From NCBI RefSeq assembly GCF_009914755.1, contig NC_060933.1: DNA of 64,000 bases. One strand, written 5' to 3'. Made by a program: the position numbers and the translations under genes. The notes under the pieces are model-generated. The model ran no database searches, had not been told where the DNA came from, and saw only the letters and a list, made by a program, of their open reading frames with translations. How positions within the stretch are numbered: position 1 is the stretch's first letter; each line of letters opens with the position of its first letter. Below are positions 13,501 through 28,800 of the stretch, one piece after another. Source of the DNA: the human T2T-CHM13v2.0 reference genome, Homo sapiens.

Positions 13501-16269
13501 GGTTGAATCCATTCCATTCCATTGCATTCCATTCCATTCCATTCCCCTGCACTCGGGTTGATTCCATTCCATTCCACTCCATTCCGTTCCATTCCATTCC
13601 ATTCCATTCCAGTCCTTTCCATTCCATTCCACTCGGGTTGATTCCATTCTATTAGTTTCCGTTCCATTCCATTCCCTTCCATTCCACTCTGGTTGATTGC
13701 ATTCCTTTCCACTCCACTCGAATACATTCCCTCTTATTCCACTCGGAACTATTCCATTCCATTCCATTCCATTACATTCCATTCCATTCCGTTTCGTTCC
13801 ATTCCATTCTATTCCATACCATTCCATTCCATTCCATTCCATTCCATTGCATTCCACTCGTGTTGATTCCATTCCTTTCCATTCCATTCGGTTTGAAGGC
13901 ATTCCATTCCATTCCATTCCATTCCATTCCATTCCATTCCATTCCATTCCATTCCATTCCATTGTACTCGGGTTGATTCCATTCCATTGCATTCCACTCC
14001 ATTCCATTCCATTCCATTCCGTTGCATTCCATTCCATTACATTCGGATTGATTATATTCAACTCCCTTACTCTCCATTACATTCAATTCCATTCGGGTTG
14101 TTCCATTCCATTCCATTCCATTCCATTCCACTCCATTCCATTGCACTCGGGTTGATTCCATTCCATTCCATTCCATTCCATTCCATTCCATTCCATTCCG
14201 GATGATTCCATTCCATTGCATTCCGTTCCATTACATTCCCCTGCACTCGCGTTGATTCCATTCCATTCCATTCCCTTCAATTCAATTCCATTCCATTACA
14301 ATACCTTCCATTCCATTCTATTCCGTACCATTCCATTCCATTCCATACCATTCCATTCCATTCCATTCCATTCCATTCTGTTCCATTCCGTTCCATTCCA
14401 TTCCATTGCATTCTATTCGGGTTAATTCCATTCCATTCCATTCGATTGCAATCGAGTTGATTACATTCCATTCCATTGCATTCCATTCCATTCCATTCCA
14501 TTCCTTTCCATTCCATTACGGATGATTCCATTCCATTGCATTCCATTCCATTCCATTCCCCTGTACTCGGGTTGATTCCATTCCATTCCATTCCAATCCA
14601 TGCCATTCCACTCGTGTTGATTCCATTCTTTCCATTCCATTCAAGTTGAATCCATTCCATTGCATTCCATTCCATTCGATTCCATTCGATTGCACTCGGG
14701 TTGATTCCATTCCGTTGCATTCCATTCCATTCCATTCCATTCCATTCCATTCCGTTCCATTCCATTCCATTACATTCGGATTGATTCTATTCAATTCCCT
14801 TACACTCCATTACATTCCATTCCATTCGGGTAGTTTCCATTCCATTCCATTCCATTCCTCTCCATTCCATTGCATTCGGGTTGATTCCATTCCATTGCAT
14901 TCCATTCCATTCCATTCAATTCCATTCCTTTCCATTCCATTCCATTACATTCGGATTGATTCTATTCAACTCCCTTACTCTCCATTACATTCCATTCCAT
15001 TCGGGTTGTTCCATTCCATTCCATTCCATTCCACCCCATTCCATTGCACTCGGGTTGATTCCATTCCTTTCCATTCCACTCGAATACATTCCCTCATATT
15101 CCACTCGGAACGATTCCATTCCATTCCATTCCATTCCATTCCATTCCATTCCATTTCGTTCCATTCCATTCTATTCCGTACCATTCCATTCCATTCCATT
15201 TCTGTCCATTCCATTCCATTCCACTCGTGTTGATTCCATTCCTTTCCATTCCATTCGGTTTGAAGGCATTCCATTCCATTCCATTCCATTCCATTCCATT
15301 CCATTCCATTCCGTTGTACTCGGGTTGATTCCATTCCATTTCATTCCATTCCATTCCATTCCATTCCATTCCATTCCATTCCATTCCGTTGCATTCCATT
15401 CCATTACATTCGGATTGATTCTATTCAACACCCTTACTCTCCATTACATTCCATTCCATTCGGGTTGTTCCATTCCATTCCATTCCATTCCACTCCATTC
15501 CATTGCACTCGGGTTAATTCCATTCCATTCCATTCCATTCCATTCCATTCCGGATGTTTCCATTCCATTCCATTCCATTCCATTCCATTCCGTTCCGTTC
15601 CGTTCCGTTCCATACCATTGCATTCCATTCAATTCGGGTTAATTCCATTCCATTCCATTCCATTCCATTCTATTCCATTCCATTGCAATCGAGTTGAATC
15701 CATTGCATTCCATTCCATTCCATTCCATTCCATTCCAGAAGATTCCATTCCATTGCATTCCATTCCATTCCATTCCCCTGCACTCGCGTTGATTCCATTC
15801 CATTCCATTCCATTCCATTCCGTTCCGTTCCGTTCTGTTCCATTCCATTCCATTCAATTCGGGTTAATTCCATTCCATTCCATTCGATTGCAATCGAGTT
15901 GATTCCATTCCATTCCATTCCATTCCATTCCATTCCATTCCATTCCTTTCCATTCCATTACGGATGATTCCATTCCATTGCATTACATTCCATTCCATTC
16001 CCCTGTACTCGGGTTGATTCCATTCCATTCCATTCCATTCCATTCTATTCCATTCCATTCCATTCCATACCGGAAGATTCCATTCCATTGCATTCCATTC
16101 CATTCCATTCCCCTGCACTCGGGTTGATTCCATTCCATTCCATTCCATTCCATTCCATTCCATTCCATTCCATTCCATTCCATTCCGTTGCTTTCCGTTC
16201 CGTTCCATTCCATTCCATTCCATTCCATTCCGTTCCGTTCCGTTCCATTCCATTCCATTCCATTCCATT

Positions 16270-16790
16270 ACAATCGAGTTGATTCCATTCCATTCCATTC
16301 CATTCCATTCCATTCCATTCCATTCCATTCCATTCCTTTCCATTCCATTCCACTCGGGTTGATTCCATTCTATTAGTTTCCGTTCCATTCCATTCCCTTC
16401 CATTCCACTCTGGTTGATTCCTTTCCTTTCCATTCCACTCGAATACATTCCCTCCTATTCCACTCGGAACGATTCCATTCCATTCCATTCCATTCCATTC
16501 CATTCCATTCCATTCCATTACAATGGAGTTGATTCCATTCCATTCCATTCCATTCCATTCCATTCCATTCCTTTCCATTCCATTCCACTCGGGTTGATTC
16601 CATTCTATTAGTTTCCGTTCCATTCCATTCCCTTCCATTCCACTCGGGTTGATTCCATTCTATTAGTTTCCGTTCCATTCCATTCCCTTCCATTCCACTC
16701 TGGTTGATTCCTTTCCTTTCCATTCCACTCGAATACATTCCCTCCTATTCCACTCGGAACGATTCCATTCCATTCCATTCCATTCCATTC
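16270..16790 (+). repeat. Nested local duplication (~235-250 bp unit containing a 55-bp tandem doublet)
   Basis: GATTCCATTCTATTAGTTTCCGTTCCATTCCATTCCCTTCCATTCCACTC starts at 16361, 16596 and 16651. GAATACATTCCCTCCTATTCCACTCGGAACG occurs at 16441 and 16731. Confidence 0.85.
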
Positions 16791-19700
16791 CATTCCACTC
16801 CATTCCATTCCATTCCATTTCGTTCCATTCCATTCTATTCCGTACCATTCCATTCCATTCCATTCCATTCCATTCCATTCCACTCCATTCCATTCCATTC
16901 CATTCCATTCCATTCCATTCCATTCTGTTCCATTCCATTTCATTACATTCAGATTGATTCTATTCAATTCCCTAACACTCCATTACATTCCATTACATTC
17001 GGGTTGTTTCCATTCCATTCCATTTCATTCCATTCCATTCCATTCCGGATGATTCCGTTCCATTGCATTCCATTCCATTCCATGCCCCTGCACTCGGGTG
17101 GATTCCATTCCATTCCATTCCATTCCATTCCATTCCATTCCATTCCATTCCATTCCGTTCCTTTCCATTCCATTCCATTCCATTCCATTCCGTTCCGTTC
17201 CATTCCATTCCATTCCATACTATTCGGGTTAATTCCATTCCATTCCATTCGATTGCAATCGAGTTGATTCCATTCCATTCCATTCCATTCGATTCCATTC
17301 CATTCCAATTCTTTCCATTCCATTCTATTCCGTACCATTCCATTCCATTCCATACAATTCCATTCCATTCCTTTCCATTCCATTCCATTCCGTTCCGTTC
17401 CGTTCCGTTCCGTTCCATTCCATTCCATTCCATTCTATTCCATTCCATTGCAATCGAGTTGAATCCATTGCATTCCATTCCATTCCATTCCATTCCATTC
17501 CATTCCATTCCATTCCGGAAGATTGCATTCCATTTCATTCCATTCCATTCCATTCCCCTGCACTCGCGTTTATTCCCTTCAATTCCATTCCATTCCATTC
17601 CTTTCCATTCCGTTCCGTTCCGTTCCATTCCATTCCATTCCATTCCATTCCGTTCCGTTCTGTTCCATTCCATTCCATTCCATTCTATTCGGGTTAACTC
17701 CATTCCATTCCATTCGATTGCAATCGATTTGATTCCATTCCATTCCATTCCATTCCATTCCATTCCATTCCATTCCATTCCGCATGATTCCATTCCATTG
17801 CATTCCATTCCATCCCGTTCCCCTGTACTCGGGTTGATTCCATTCCATTCCATTCCATTCCATGCCATTCCACTCGTGTTGATTCCATTCTTTCCATTCC
17901 ATTCAAGTTGAATCCATTCCATTGCATTCCATTCCATTCGATTCCATTCGATTGCACTCGGGTTGATTCCATTCCATTGCATTGCATTCCATTCCATTCC
18001 ATTCCATTCCATTCCTTTCCGTTCCATTCCATTCCATTACATTCGGATTGATTCTATTCAATTCCCTTACACTGCATTACATTCCATTCCATTCGGGTAG
18101 TTTCCATTCCATTCCGTTCCATTCCTCTCCATTCCATTGCACTCGGGTTGATTCCAATCCATTCCATTCCATTCCATTCCATTCCATTCCATTCCATTCC
18201 ATTCCAATGAATTCGGGTTGATTCCATTCCATTGCATTCCATTGCATTCCATTGCATTCCATTCCGTTTCATTCCATTCCGTTACATTCGGATTGATTCT
18301 TTTCAACTCCCTTACTCTCCATTACATTCCATTCCATTCGGGTTGTTCCATTCCATTCCATTCCATTCCACTCCATTCTATTGCACTCGAGTTGATTCCA
18401 TTCCATTCCATTCCATTCCATACCGGATGATTCCATTCCATTGCATTCCGTTCCATTACATTCCCCTGCACTCTGGTTGATTCCATTCCATTCCATTCCA
18501 TTCCATTCGATTCCATTCCATTGCCCTGCACTCGCGTTGATTCCATTCCATTCCATTCCATTCCATTCCATTCCATTCCTTTAAGTTCCATTCCATTCCA
18601 TTCCATTCCGGTCCGTTCCATTCCATTCCATTCCTTTCTATTCGGGTTAATTCCATTCCATTCCATTTGACTGCAATCGAGTTGATTCCATTCCATTCCA
18701 TTCCATTCCATTCCATTCCATTCCATTCCATTCCATTCCATTCCTTTCCATTCCATTACGGATGATTCCATTCCATTGCATTCCATTCCATTCCATTCCC
18801 CTGTAGTCGAGTTGATTCTATTCCATTCCATTCAAATCCATGGCATTCCACTCGTGTTGATTCCTTTCTTTCTATTCCATTCAAGTTGAATCCATTCCAT
18901 TTCATTCCATTCCATTCGATTCCATTCGATTGCACTCGGGTTGAATCCATTCCATTGCATTCCATTCCATTCCATTCCATTCCATTCCGTTCCATTCCAT
19001 TTCATTACATTCAGATTGATTCTATTCAATTCCCTTACACTCCATTATATTGCAATCCATTCTGGTTGTTTCCATTCCATTCCATTCCATTTCACTCCAT
19101 TCCATTGCTCTCGGGTTGATTCCATTCCATTGCATTCCATTCCATTCCATTCCGGATGATTCCATTCCATTGCATTCCATTCCATTCCATTCCCCTGCAC
19201 TCGGGTTGATTCCATTCCATTCCATTACATTACATTCCGTTCCATTCCATTCCCTTCCATTCGGATTGATTCTATTCAATTCCGTTACACTTCATTACAT
19301 TCCATTCCATTCGGGTAGTTTCCATTCCATTCCATTCCATTCCTCTCCATTCCATTGCACTCGGGTTGATTCCATTCCATTCCATTCCATTCCATTCCAT
19401 TCCATTCCATTCCATTCCATTCCATTCCATTGTCCTCGGGTTGATTCCATTCCATTGCATTCCATTCCATTCCATTCCGTTCCGTTCCGTTCCATTCCAT
19501 TCCATTACATTCGGATTGATTCTATTCAACTCTCTTACTCTCCATTTCATTCCATTCCATTCGAGTTGTTCCATTCCATTCCATTCCATTCCACTCCATT
19601 CCATTTCACTCGGGTTGATTCCATTCCATTCCATTCCATTCCATTCCATTCCATTCCATTCCGGATGATTCCGTTCTATTGCATTCTGTTCCATTTCATT

Positions 19701-22700
19701 CACCTGCACTCGGGTTGATTCCATTCCATTCCATTCCATTACGTTCCATTCCGTTCCATTCCATTACATTCGGATTGATTCTATTCAACTCCCTTACTCT
19801 CCATTACATTCCATTCCATTCGGTTGTTCCATTCCATTCCATTCCATTCCACTCCATTCCATTGCACTCGGGTTGATTCCATTCCATTCCATTCCATTCC
19901 ATTCCATTCCATTCCATTCCGGATGATTCCATTCCATTGCATTCCGTTAAATTACATTCCCCTACGCTCGGGTTGATTCCATTCCATTCCATTCCATTCC
20001 ATTCGATTCCATTCCATTCCATTCCAGTCCATTCCGTTCCGTTCCGTTCCGTTCCGTTCCATTCCATTCCATTCCATTCTATTCAGGTTAATTCCATTAC
20101 ATTCCATTCCATTCCATTCTATTCCATTCCATTGCAATCGAGTTGAATCCATTGCATTCCATTCCATTCCATTCCATTCCATTCAATTCCATTCCATTCC
20201 GGAAGATTCCATTCCATTGCAGTCCATTCCATTCTATTCCCCTGCACTCGCGTTTATTCCTTTCAGTTCCATTCCATTCCATTCCATTCCATTCCATTCC
20301 GTTCCGTTCCATTCCATTCCATTCCATTCCATTCCATTCCATTCCACTCCATTCCGTTCCGTTCCGTTCCGTTCCTTTCCATTCCGTTCCATTCCATTCT
20401 ATTCGGGTTAATTGCATTCCATTCCATTCGATTGCCATCGAGTTGATTCCATTCCATTCCATTCCATTCCATTCCATTCCATTCCATTCCATTCCTTTCC
20501 ATTCCATTACGGATGATTCCATTCCATTGCATTCCATTCCATTCCATTCCCCTGTACTCGGGTTGATTCCATTCCATTCCATTCCAATCCATGCCATTCC
20601 ACTCGTGTTGATTCCATTCTTTCCTTTCCATTCAAGTTGAATCCATTCCATTGCATTCCATTCCTTTCGATTCCATTCGATTGCACTCGGGTTGATTCCA
20701 TTCCATTGCATTCCATTCCATTCCATTCCATTCCATTCCATTCCATTCCATTCCATTCCACTCCATTCCATTTCACTTGGGTTGATTCCATTCCATTCCA
20801 TTCCATTCCATGCCATTCCATTCCATTCCATTCCATTCCGTTCCGTTCCGTTCCGTTCCATTCCATTCCATACCATTCCATTACATTCCATTCCATTACA
20901 TTCCATTCCTTTCCGTTCCATTCAATTCCATTCCATTCCATTCGGATTCATTCTATTCAATTCCCTTACACTCCATTACATTACATTCCATTCGGGTAGT
21001 TTCCATTCCATTCCATTCCATTCCTCTCCATTCCATTGCACTCGGGTTGTTTCCATTCCATTCCATTCCATTCCATTCCATTCCATTCCATTCCGGATGA
21101 TTCCATTCCATTGAATTCCATTCCATTCCATTCCCCTGCACTTGGGTTGATTCCATTCCATTCCATTCCATTCCTTTCTGTTCCATTCCATTCCGTTCCA
21201 TTCCATTCTATTCGTGTTAATTCCATTCCATTCTATTCCATTCCATTCCATTGAAATCGAGTTGATTCCATTCCATTCCATTCCACTCCATTCCATTCCA
21301 TTCCATTCCATTCCATTCCATTCCATTCCGGATGATTCCATTCCATTGCATTCCATTCCATTCCATTCCCCTGCACTCGGGTTGATTCCATTCCATTCCA
21401 TTCCATTACATTCCTTTCCACTCCATTCCATTACATTCTATTCGGGTTAATTCCATTCCATTCCATTCCACTCCATTCCAGTCATTTCCATTCCATTTAA
21501 CTCCGGTTTATTCCATTCTATTCCTTTCCATTCCATTCCATTCCATTCCATTGCAATCGAGTTGATTCCATTCGAGTTGAATCCATTCCATTCCATTCCA
21601 TTCCATTCCATTGCACACGGGTTCATTCCAATCCATTCCATTCCATTCCATTCCATTCCATTCCATTCCATTCCATTGCATTCCATTTCATTCCATTCCA
21701 TTCTATTCCGTACCATTCCATTTCATCCCATTCCATTCCGTTCCATTCCATGCCATTACACTCGGGTTGATTCCATTCCTTTCCGTTCCATTCTTGTTGA
21801 ATCCATTCCATTCCATTCCATTCCATTCGAATCCGTTCCATTGCACTCGGGTTGATTCCATTCCATTCCTTTCCATTCCATTTCATTCCATTCCATTCCA
21901 TTACATTCGGATTGATTCTATTCAATTCCCTTACACTCCATTACATTCCATTCCATTCGGGATGTTTCCATTCCATTCCATTCCATTCCACTCCATTCCA
22001 TTGCATCGGGTTGATTGTATTCCATTCCATTCCATTCCATTCCTGATGATTCCATTCCATTGCATTCCATTCCATTCTATTCCCCTGCACTCGGGTTGAT
22101 TACATTCCATTCCATTCCCTTCCATTCCTTTCCATTCCATTCCATTCCATTCTATTCGGGTTAATTCCATTCCATTCCATTCCATTCCATTCCATTCCAT
22201 TCCATTCCATTCCATTCCATTCCATTGCAATCGAGTTGATTCCATTCCATTCCATTCCATTCCGTTCCGCATGATTCCATTCCATTGCATTCCATTCCAT
22301 TCCATTCCCCTGCATTCGGGTTGATTCCATTCCATTCCATTCCATTCCATTCCATTCCGTTCCATTCCATTCCATTCCATTCTATTCGGGTTAATTCCAT
22401 TCCATTCCATTCCATTCCATTCCATTCTATTCCATTCCTATCGAGTTGATTCCATTCCATTCCATTCCATTCCATTCCACTCCATTCCAGTCCTTTCCAT
22501 TCCATTCCACTCGGGTTGATTCCATTCTATTCCTTTCCATTCCGTTCCATTCCATTGCAATCGTGTTGATTCCATTGCTTTGCATTCTATTCCATTCCAT
22601 TCCATTCCGGATGACTCCATTCCATTGCATTCCATTCCATTCCATTCCCCTGCACTAGGGTTGATTCCATTCCATTCCACTCCATTCCGTTCCATTCCAT

Positions 22701-24059
22701 TCCATTCCATTGTATTCGGGTTAATCCATTCCATTCCATTCCATTCCATTCCATTCCATTCCAATCCAGTTGATTCCATTCCAGTCCATTCCATTCCAAT
22801 CCATTCCATTCCAGTCGTTTCCATTCCATTTTACTCGTGTTGATTCCATTCTATTAGTTTCCATTCCATTCCATTCCCTTCCATTCCACTCTGGTTGATT
22901 CCATTCCTTTCCATTCCACTCGAATACATTCCCTCCTATTTCACTAGGAACGATTCCATTCCATTCCATTCCATTCCATTCCATTCCATTCCATTTCATT
23001 CGATTCCATTCTATTCCGTACCATTCCATTCCATTCCATTCCATTCCATTCCATTCCATTCCACTCGTGTTGATTCCATTCCTTTCCATTCCATTCGGTT
23101 TGAAGACATTCCATTCCATTCCATTCCATTGCATTTCACTCCATTCCATTGCACTCGGGTTGATTCCATTCCATTCCATTCCATTGCATTCCATTCCATT
23201 CCATTCCGGAAGATTCCATTCCATTGCATTCCATTCCATTCCATTCCCCTGCACTCGGCTTGATTCCATTCCATTCCATTACATTACATTCCGTTCCATT
23301 CCATTCTATTCCATTCTATTCGGGTTAATTCCATTCCATTCCATTCCATTCTATTGCAATCGAGTTGATTCCATTCCATTCCATTCCATTCGATTCCATT
23401 CCATTCCAATCGATTTGATTCCATTCCATTCGATTCCATTCCACTCCATTCCAGTCCTTTCCATTCCATTCCACTCGGGTTGATTCCATTCTATTCCTCT
23501 CCATTCCATTCCAGTCCATTGCAATCGAGTTCATTCCATTCGAGTTGAATCCATTCCTTTCCATTCCATTCCATTCCATTCCATTCCATTGCACTCGGGT
23601 TCATTCCATTCCATTCCATTCCATTCCATTCCATTCTATTCGGGTTAATTCCATTCCATTCCATTCCATTCCATTCCATTTCATTCCATTACATTCCATT
23701 CCATTGCAATCGAGTTGTTTCCATTGCATTCCATTCCATTCTATTCCATTCCATTCCATTCCAATCCATTCCATTCCGAATGATTCCATTCCAATGCTTT
23801 CCATTCCATTCCATTCCCCTGCACTCAGGTTGCTTCCATTCTATTCCATTCCATTCCATTCCATTCCATTCCATTCCATTCCGTTCCATTCCATTCCATT
23901 CCAATGCAATAGATTTGACTCCATTCCATTCCACTCCATTCCATTCCATTCCGTTCCATTCCATTTCATTACATTCAGATTGATTCTATTCAATTCCCTA
24001 ACACTCCATTACATTCCATTCCATTCGGGTTGTTTCCATTCCATTCCATTCCATTCCAC

Positions 24060-27000
24060 TCCATTCCATTGCACTCGGGTTGATTCCATTCCATTCCATT
24101 CCTTTCCATTCCATTCCGGATGATTCCATTCGATTGCATTCCATTCCATTCCATTCCCCTGCACTCGGGTGGATTCCATTACATTGCATTCCATTCCGTT
24201 CCGTTCTATTCCATTCCATTCCATTCCATTCTATTCGGGTTAACTCCATTCCATTCTATTCCATTCCATTCCATTCCATTCCATTGCAATCGAGTTGATT
24301 CCATTCCTTTCCATTCCATTCCATTCCATTCCATTCCGTTCCGGTTGATTCCATTCCATTGCATTAAATTCCATTCCATCCCCCTGCACTCGGATTGATT
24401 CTATTATATTGCATTCCATTCCATTCCGTTCCATTCCATTCCATTCCATTCTATTCGGGTTAATTCCATTCCATTCCATTCCATTCCATAACATTCCATT
24501 CCATTCCATTCCATTGCAATAGAGTTGATTCCATTGGATTGCATTCCATTCCATTCCATTCCATTCCGGATGATTCCATTCCATTGCATTCCATTCCATT
24601 CCATTCCCCTGCACTCGGGTTGATTCCATTCCATTCCACTCCATTCCGTTCCATTCCATTCCATTCCATTGTATTCCGGTTAATTCCATTTCGTTCCATT
24701 CCATTCCATTCCATTATAATCGAGTTGATTCCATTCCATTCCATTCCATTCCATTCCATTCCAGTCCTTTCCATTACATTCCACACGGGTTGATTCCATT
24801 CTATTAGTTTCCATTCCATTCCGTTCTCTTCCATTCCACTCTGGTTGATTCCATTCCTTTCGATTCCACTCGAATACATTCCCTTCTATTCCACTCGGAA
24901 CGATTCCATTCCATTCTATTCCATTCCATTCCATTCCATTCCATTTCGCTCCATTCCATTCTGTTCCGTACCATTCCATTCCATTCCATTCCATTCCATT
25001 CCATTCCATTCCATTCCACTCGGGTTGATTCCATTCCTTTCCATTCCATTCGGTTTGAAGCCATTCCATTCCATTCCATTCCATTCCATTCCATTCCATT
25101 CCATTCCATTGTACTCGGGTTGATTCCATTCCATTGCACTCCATTTTATTCCATTCCATTCCATTCCATTCCATTACGTTCGGATTGATTCTATTCAACT
25201 CCCTTACTCTCCATTCCATTCCATTCCATTCGGGTTGTTTCCATTCCATTCCATTCCATTCCACTCCATTCCATTGCACTCGGGTTAATTCCACTCCATT
25301 GCATTCCATTCCATTCCATTGCATTCCATTCCGGATGATTCCATTCCATTGCATTCCATTCCATTCCATTCCCCTGTACTCGGGTTGATTCCATTTCATT
25401 CCATTCCATTCCATTCCATTCCATTCCGTTCCATTGCATTCCATTCCATTCCATTCCATTCCATTCCCCTGCAGTCGGGTTGATTCCATTCCATTCCATT
25501 CCATTCTATTCGGGTTAATTCCATTCCATTCCATTCCACTCCATTCCAGTCCGTTCCATTCCATTCCACTCGGGTTGATTCCATTCTATTCCTTTCCATT
25601 CCATTCCATTCCATTGCAATCGAGTTGATTCCATTAGAATTGAATCCATTCCATTCCATTCCATTCCATTCCATTGCACACGGGTTCATTCCATTCCATT
25701 CCATTCCATTCCATTCCATTCCATTTCATTCCATTCCATTTCATTCCATTCCATTCTATTCCGTACCATTCCATTCCATCCCATTCCATTCCGTTCCATT
25801 CCATGCCATTACACTCGGGTTGATTCCATTCCTTTCCATTCCATTCTAGTTGAATCCATTCCATTCTATTCCATTCCATTCGAATCCATTCCATTGCACT
25901 CGGGTTGATTCCATTCCATTCCATTCCATTCCATTCCATTTCTTTCCATTCCATTCCATTACATTCGGATTGATTCTATTCAATTCCCTTACACTCCATT
26001 CCATTCCATTCCATTCGGGATGTTTCCATTCCATTCCATTCCACTCCATTCCATTGCATCAGGTTGATTGCATTCCATTCCATTCCATTCCATTCCGGAT
26101 GATTCCATTCCATTGCATTCCATTCCATTCCATTCCCCTGCACTCGGGTTGATTCCATTCCATTACATTCCATTCCATTCCATTCCATTGCGTTCCACTC
26201 CATTCCATTCCATTCTATTCGGGTTAATTCCATTCCATTCCATTCGATTCCATTCCATTCCATTCCATTCCCCTGCAGTCGGGTTGATTCCATTCCATTC
26301 CATTCCATTGCACTCGGGTTGATTCCATTCCATTCCATTCCTTTCCATTCCATTCCGGATGATTCCATTCGATTGCATTCCATTCCATTCCATTCCCCTG
26401 CACTCGGGTGGATGCCATTACATTGCATTCCATTCCGTTCCGTTCTATTCCATTCCATTCCATTCCATTCTATTCGGGTTGACTCCATTCCATTCTATTC
26501 CATTCCATTCCATTCCATTCCATTGCAATCGAGTTGATTCCATTCCTTTCCATTCCATTCCATTCCATTCCATTCCGTTCCGGTTGATTCCATTCCATTG
26601 CATTAAATTCCATTCCATCCCCCTGCACTCGGATTGATTCTATTATATTGCATTCCATTCCATTCCATTCCCCTGCAGTCGGGTTGATTCCATTCCATTC
26701 CATTCCATTCTATTCGGGTTAATTCCATTCCATTCCATTCCACTCCATTCCAGTCCTTTCCATTCCATTCCACTCGGGTTGATTCCATTCTATTCCTTTC
26801 CATTCCATTCCATTCCATTGCAATCGAGTTGATTCCATTAGAATTGAATCCATTCCATTCCATTCCATTCCATTCCATTGCACACGGGTTCATTCCATTC
26901 CATTCTATTCCGTACCATTCCATTCCATCCCATTCCATTCCTTTCCATTCCATGCCATTACACTCGGGTTGATTCCATTCCTTTCCATTCCATTCTTGTT

Positions 27001-28800
27001 GAATCCATTCCATTCTATTCCATTCCATTCGAATCCATTCCATTGCACTCGGGTTGATTCCATTCCATTCCATTCCATTCCATTCCATTCCATTCCATTT
27101 CATTCCATTCCATTCCATTACATTCGGATTGATTCTATTCAATTCCCTTACACTCCATTACATTCCATTCCATTCGGGATGTTTCCATTCCATTCCATTC
27201 CACTCCATTCCATTGCATCAGGTTGATTGCATTCCATTCCATTCCATTCCATTCCGGATGATTCCATTCCATTGCATTCCATTCCATTCCATTCCCCTGC
27301 ACTCGGGTTGATTCCATTCCATTCCATTCCATTCCATTCCATTCCATTGCGTTCCACTCCATTGCATTCCATTCTATTCGGGTTAATTCCATTCCATTCC
27401 ATTCCATTCCATTCCGTTCCGGATGATTCCATTCCATTCCATTCCATTCCATTCCATTCCATTCCATTCCCCTGCAGTCGGGTTGATTCCATTCCATTCC
27501 ATTCCATTGCACTCGGGTTGATTCCATTCCATTCCATTCCTTTCCATTCCATTCCGGATGATTCCATTCGATTGCATTCCATTCCATTCCATTCCCCTGC
27601 ACTCGGGTGGATTCCATTACATTGCATTCCATTCCGTTCCGTTCTATTCCATTCCATTCCATTCCATACTATTCGGGTTAACTCCATTCCATTCTATTCC
27701 ATTCCATTCCATTGCAATCGAGTTGATTCCATTCCTTTCCATTCCATTCCATTCCATTCCATTCCGTTCCGGTTGATTCCATTCCATTGCATTAAATTCC
27801 ATTCCATCCCCCTGCACTCGGATTGATTCTATTATATTCCATTCCATTCCATTCCGTTCCATTCCATTCCATTCCTTTCTATTCGGGTTAATTCCATTCC
27901 ATTCCATTCCATTCCATAACATTCCATTCCATTCCATTCCATTGCAATAGAGTTGATTCCCTTGGATTGCATTGCATTCCATTCCATTCCATTCCGGATG
28001 ATTCCATTCCATTGCATTCCATTCCATTCCATTCCCCTGCACTCGGGTTGATTCCATTCCATTCCACTCCATTCCGCTCCATTCCATTCCATTCCATTGT
28101 ATTCCGGTTAATTCCATTTCGTTCCATTCCATTCCATTCCATTACAATCGAGTTGATTCCATTCCATTCCATTCCATTCCATTCCATTCCAGTCCTTTCT
28201 ATTACATTCCACACGGGTTGATTCCATTCTATTAGTTTCCATTCCATTCCGTTCTCTTCCATTCCACTCTGGTTGATTCCATTCCTTTCGATTCCACTCG
28301 AATACATTCCCTTCTATTCCACTCGGAACGATTCCATTCCATTCCATTCCATTCCATTCCATTCCATTCCATTCCATTCCATTTCGCTCCATTCCATTCT
28401 ATTCCGTACCATTCCATTCCATTCCATTCCATTTCATTCCATTTCATTCCATTCCACTCGGGTTGATTCCATTCCTTTCCATTCCATTCGGTTTGAAGCC
28501 ATTCCATTCCATTCCATTCCATTCCATTCCATTCCATTCCATTGTACTCGGGTTGATTCCATTCCATTGCATTGCATTCGATTCCATTCCATTCCATTCC
28601 ATTCCATTACGTTCGGATTGATTCTATTCAACTCCCTTACTCTCCATTCCATTCCATTCCATTCGGGTTGTTTCCATTCCATTCCATTCCATTCCACTCC
28701 ATTCCATTGCACTCGGGTTAATTCCACTCCATTGCATTCCATTCCATTCCATTGCATTCCATTCCGGATGATTCCATTCCATTCCATTCCATTCCATTCC
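24060..28800 (+). repeat. Compound duplication: ~1.2 kb tandem doublet (~25470-26650 / ~26670-27840) inside a 3428-bp-offset direct repeat (~24060-25370 / ~27500-28800)
   Basis: GCATTAAATTCCATTCCATCCCCCTGCACTCGGATTGATTCTATTATATT at 24361, 26600 and 27789. TTAGAATTGAATCC at 25634 and 26838. ORF-track pairs 24460/27888 and 24539/27967 are offset by 3428. Confidence 0.85.

Larger units (their letters stand above)
1..13600 (+). repeat. Left sub-domain (variant set A) of the satellite array
   Basis: Carries TTTTATTAGTTTCC (~2462, 5250, 10514, 12048, 12992), CTCGAATTCATTCCC (~2535, 5323, 10587, 12121, 13065) and GGGTTGATTGATTCC (~1071, 4439, 12516). It lacks the markers that dominate further right. 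Confidence 0.7.

Noticed and set aside
14778-14800. GGATTGATTCTATTCAA as a DUX4 site
   Set aside because: It shares only the TGATT half and does not match the TAAYYYAATCA-type consensus well enough to claim.
20197-20204. TTCCGGAA as a STAT GAS element
   Set aside because: Canonical GAS is TTC-N3-GAA (N4 for STAT6). Here the spacing is N2, which fits HSE geometry instead.
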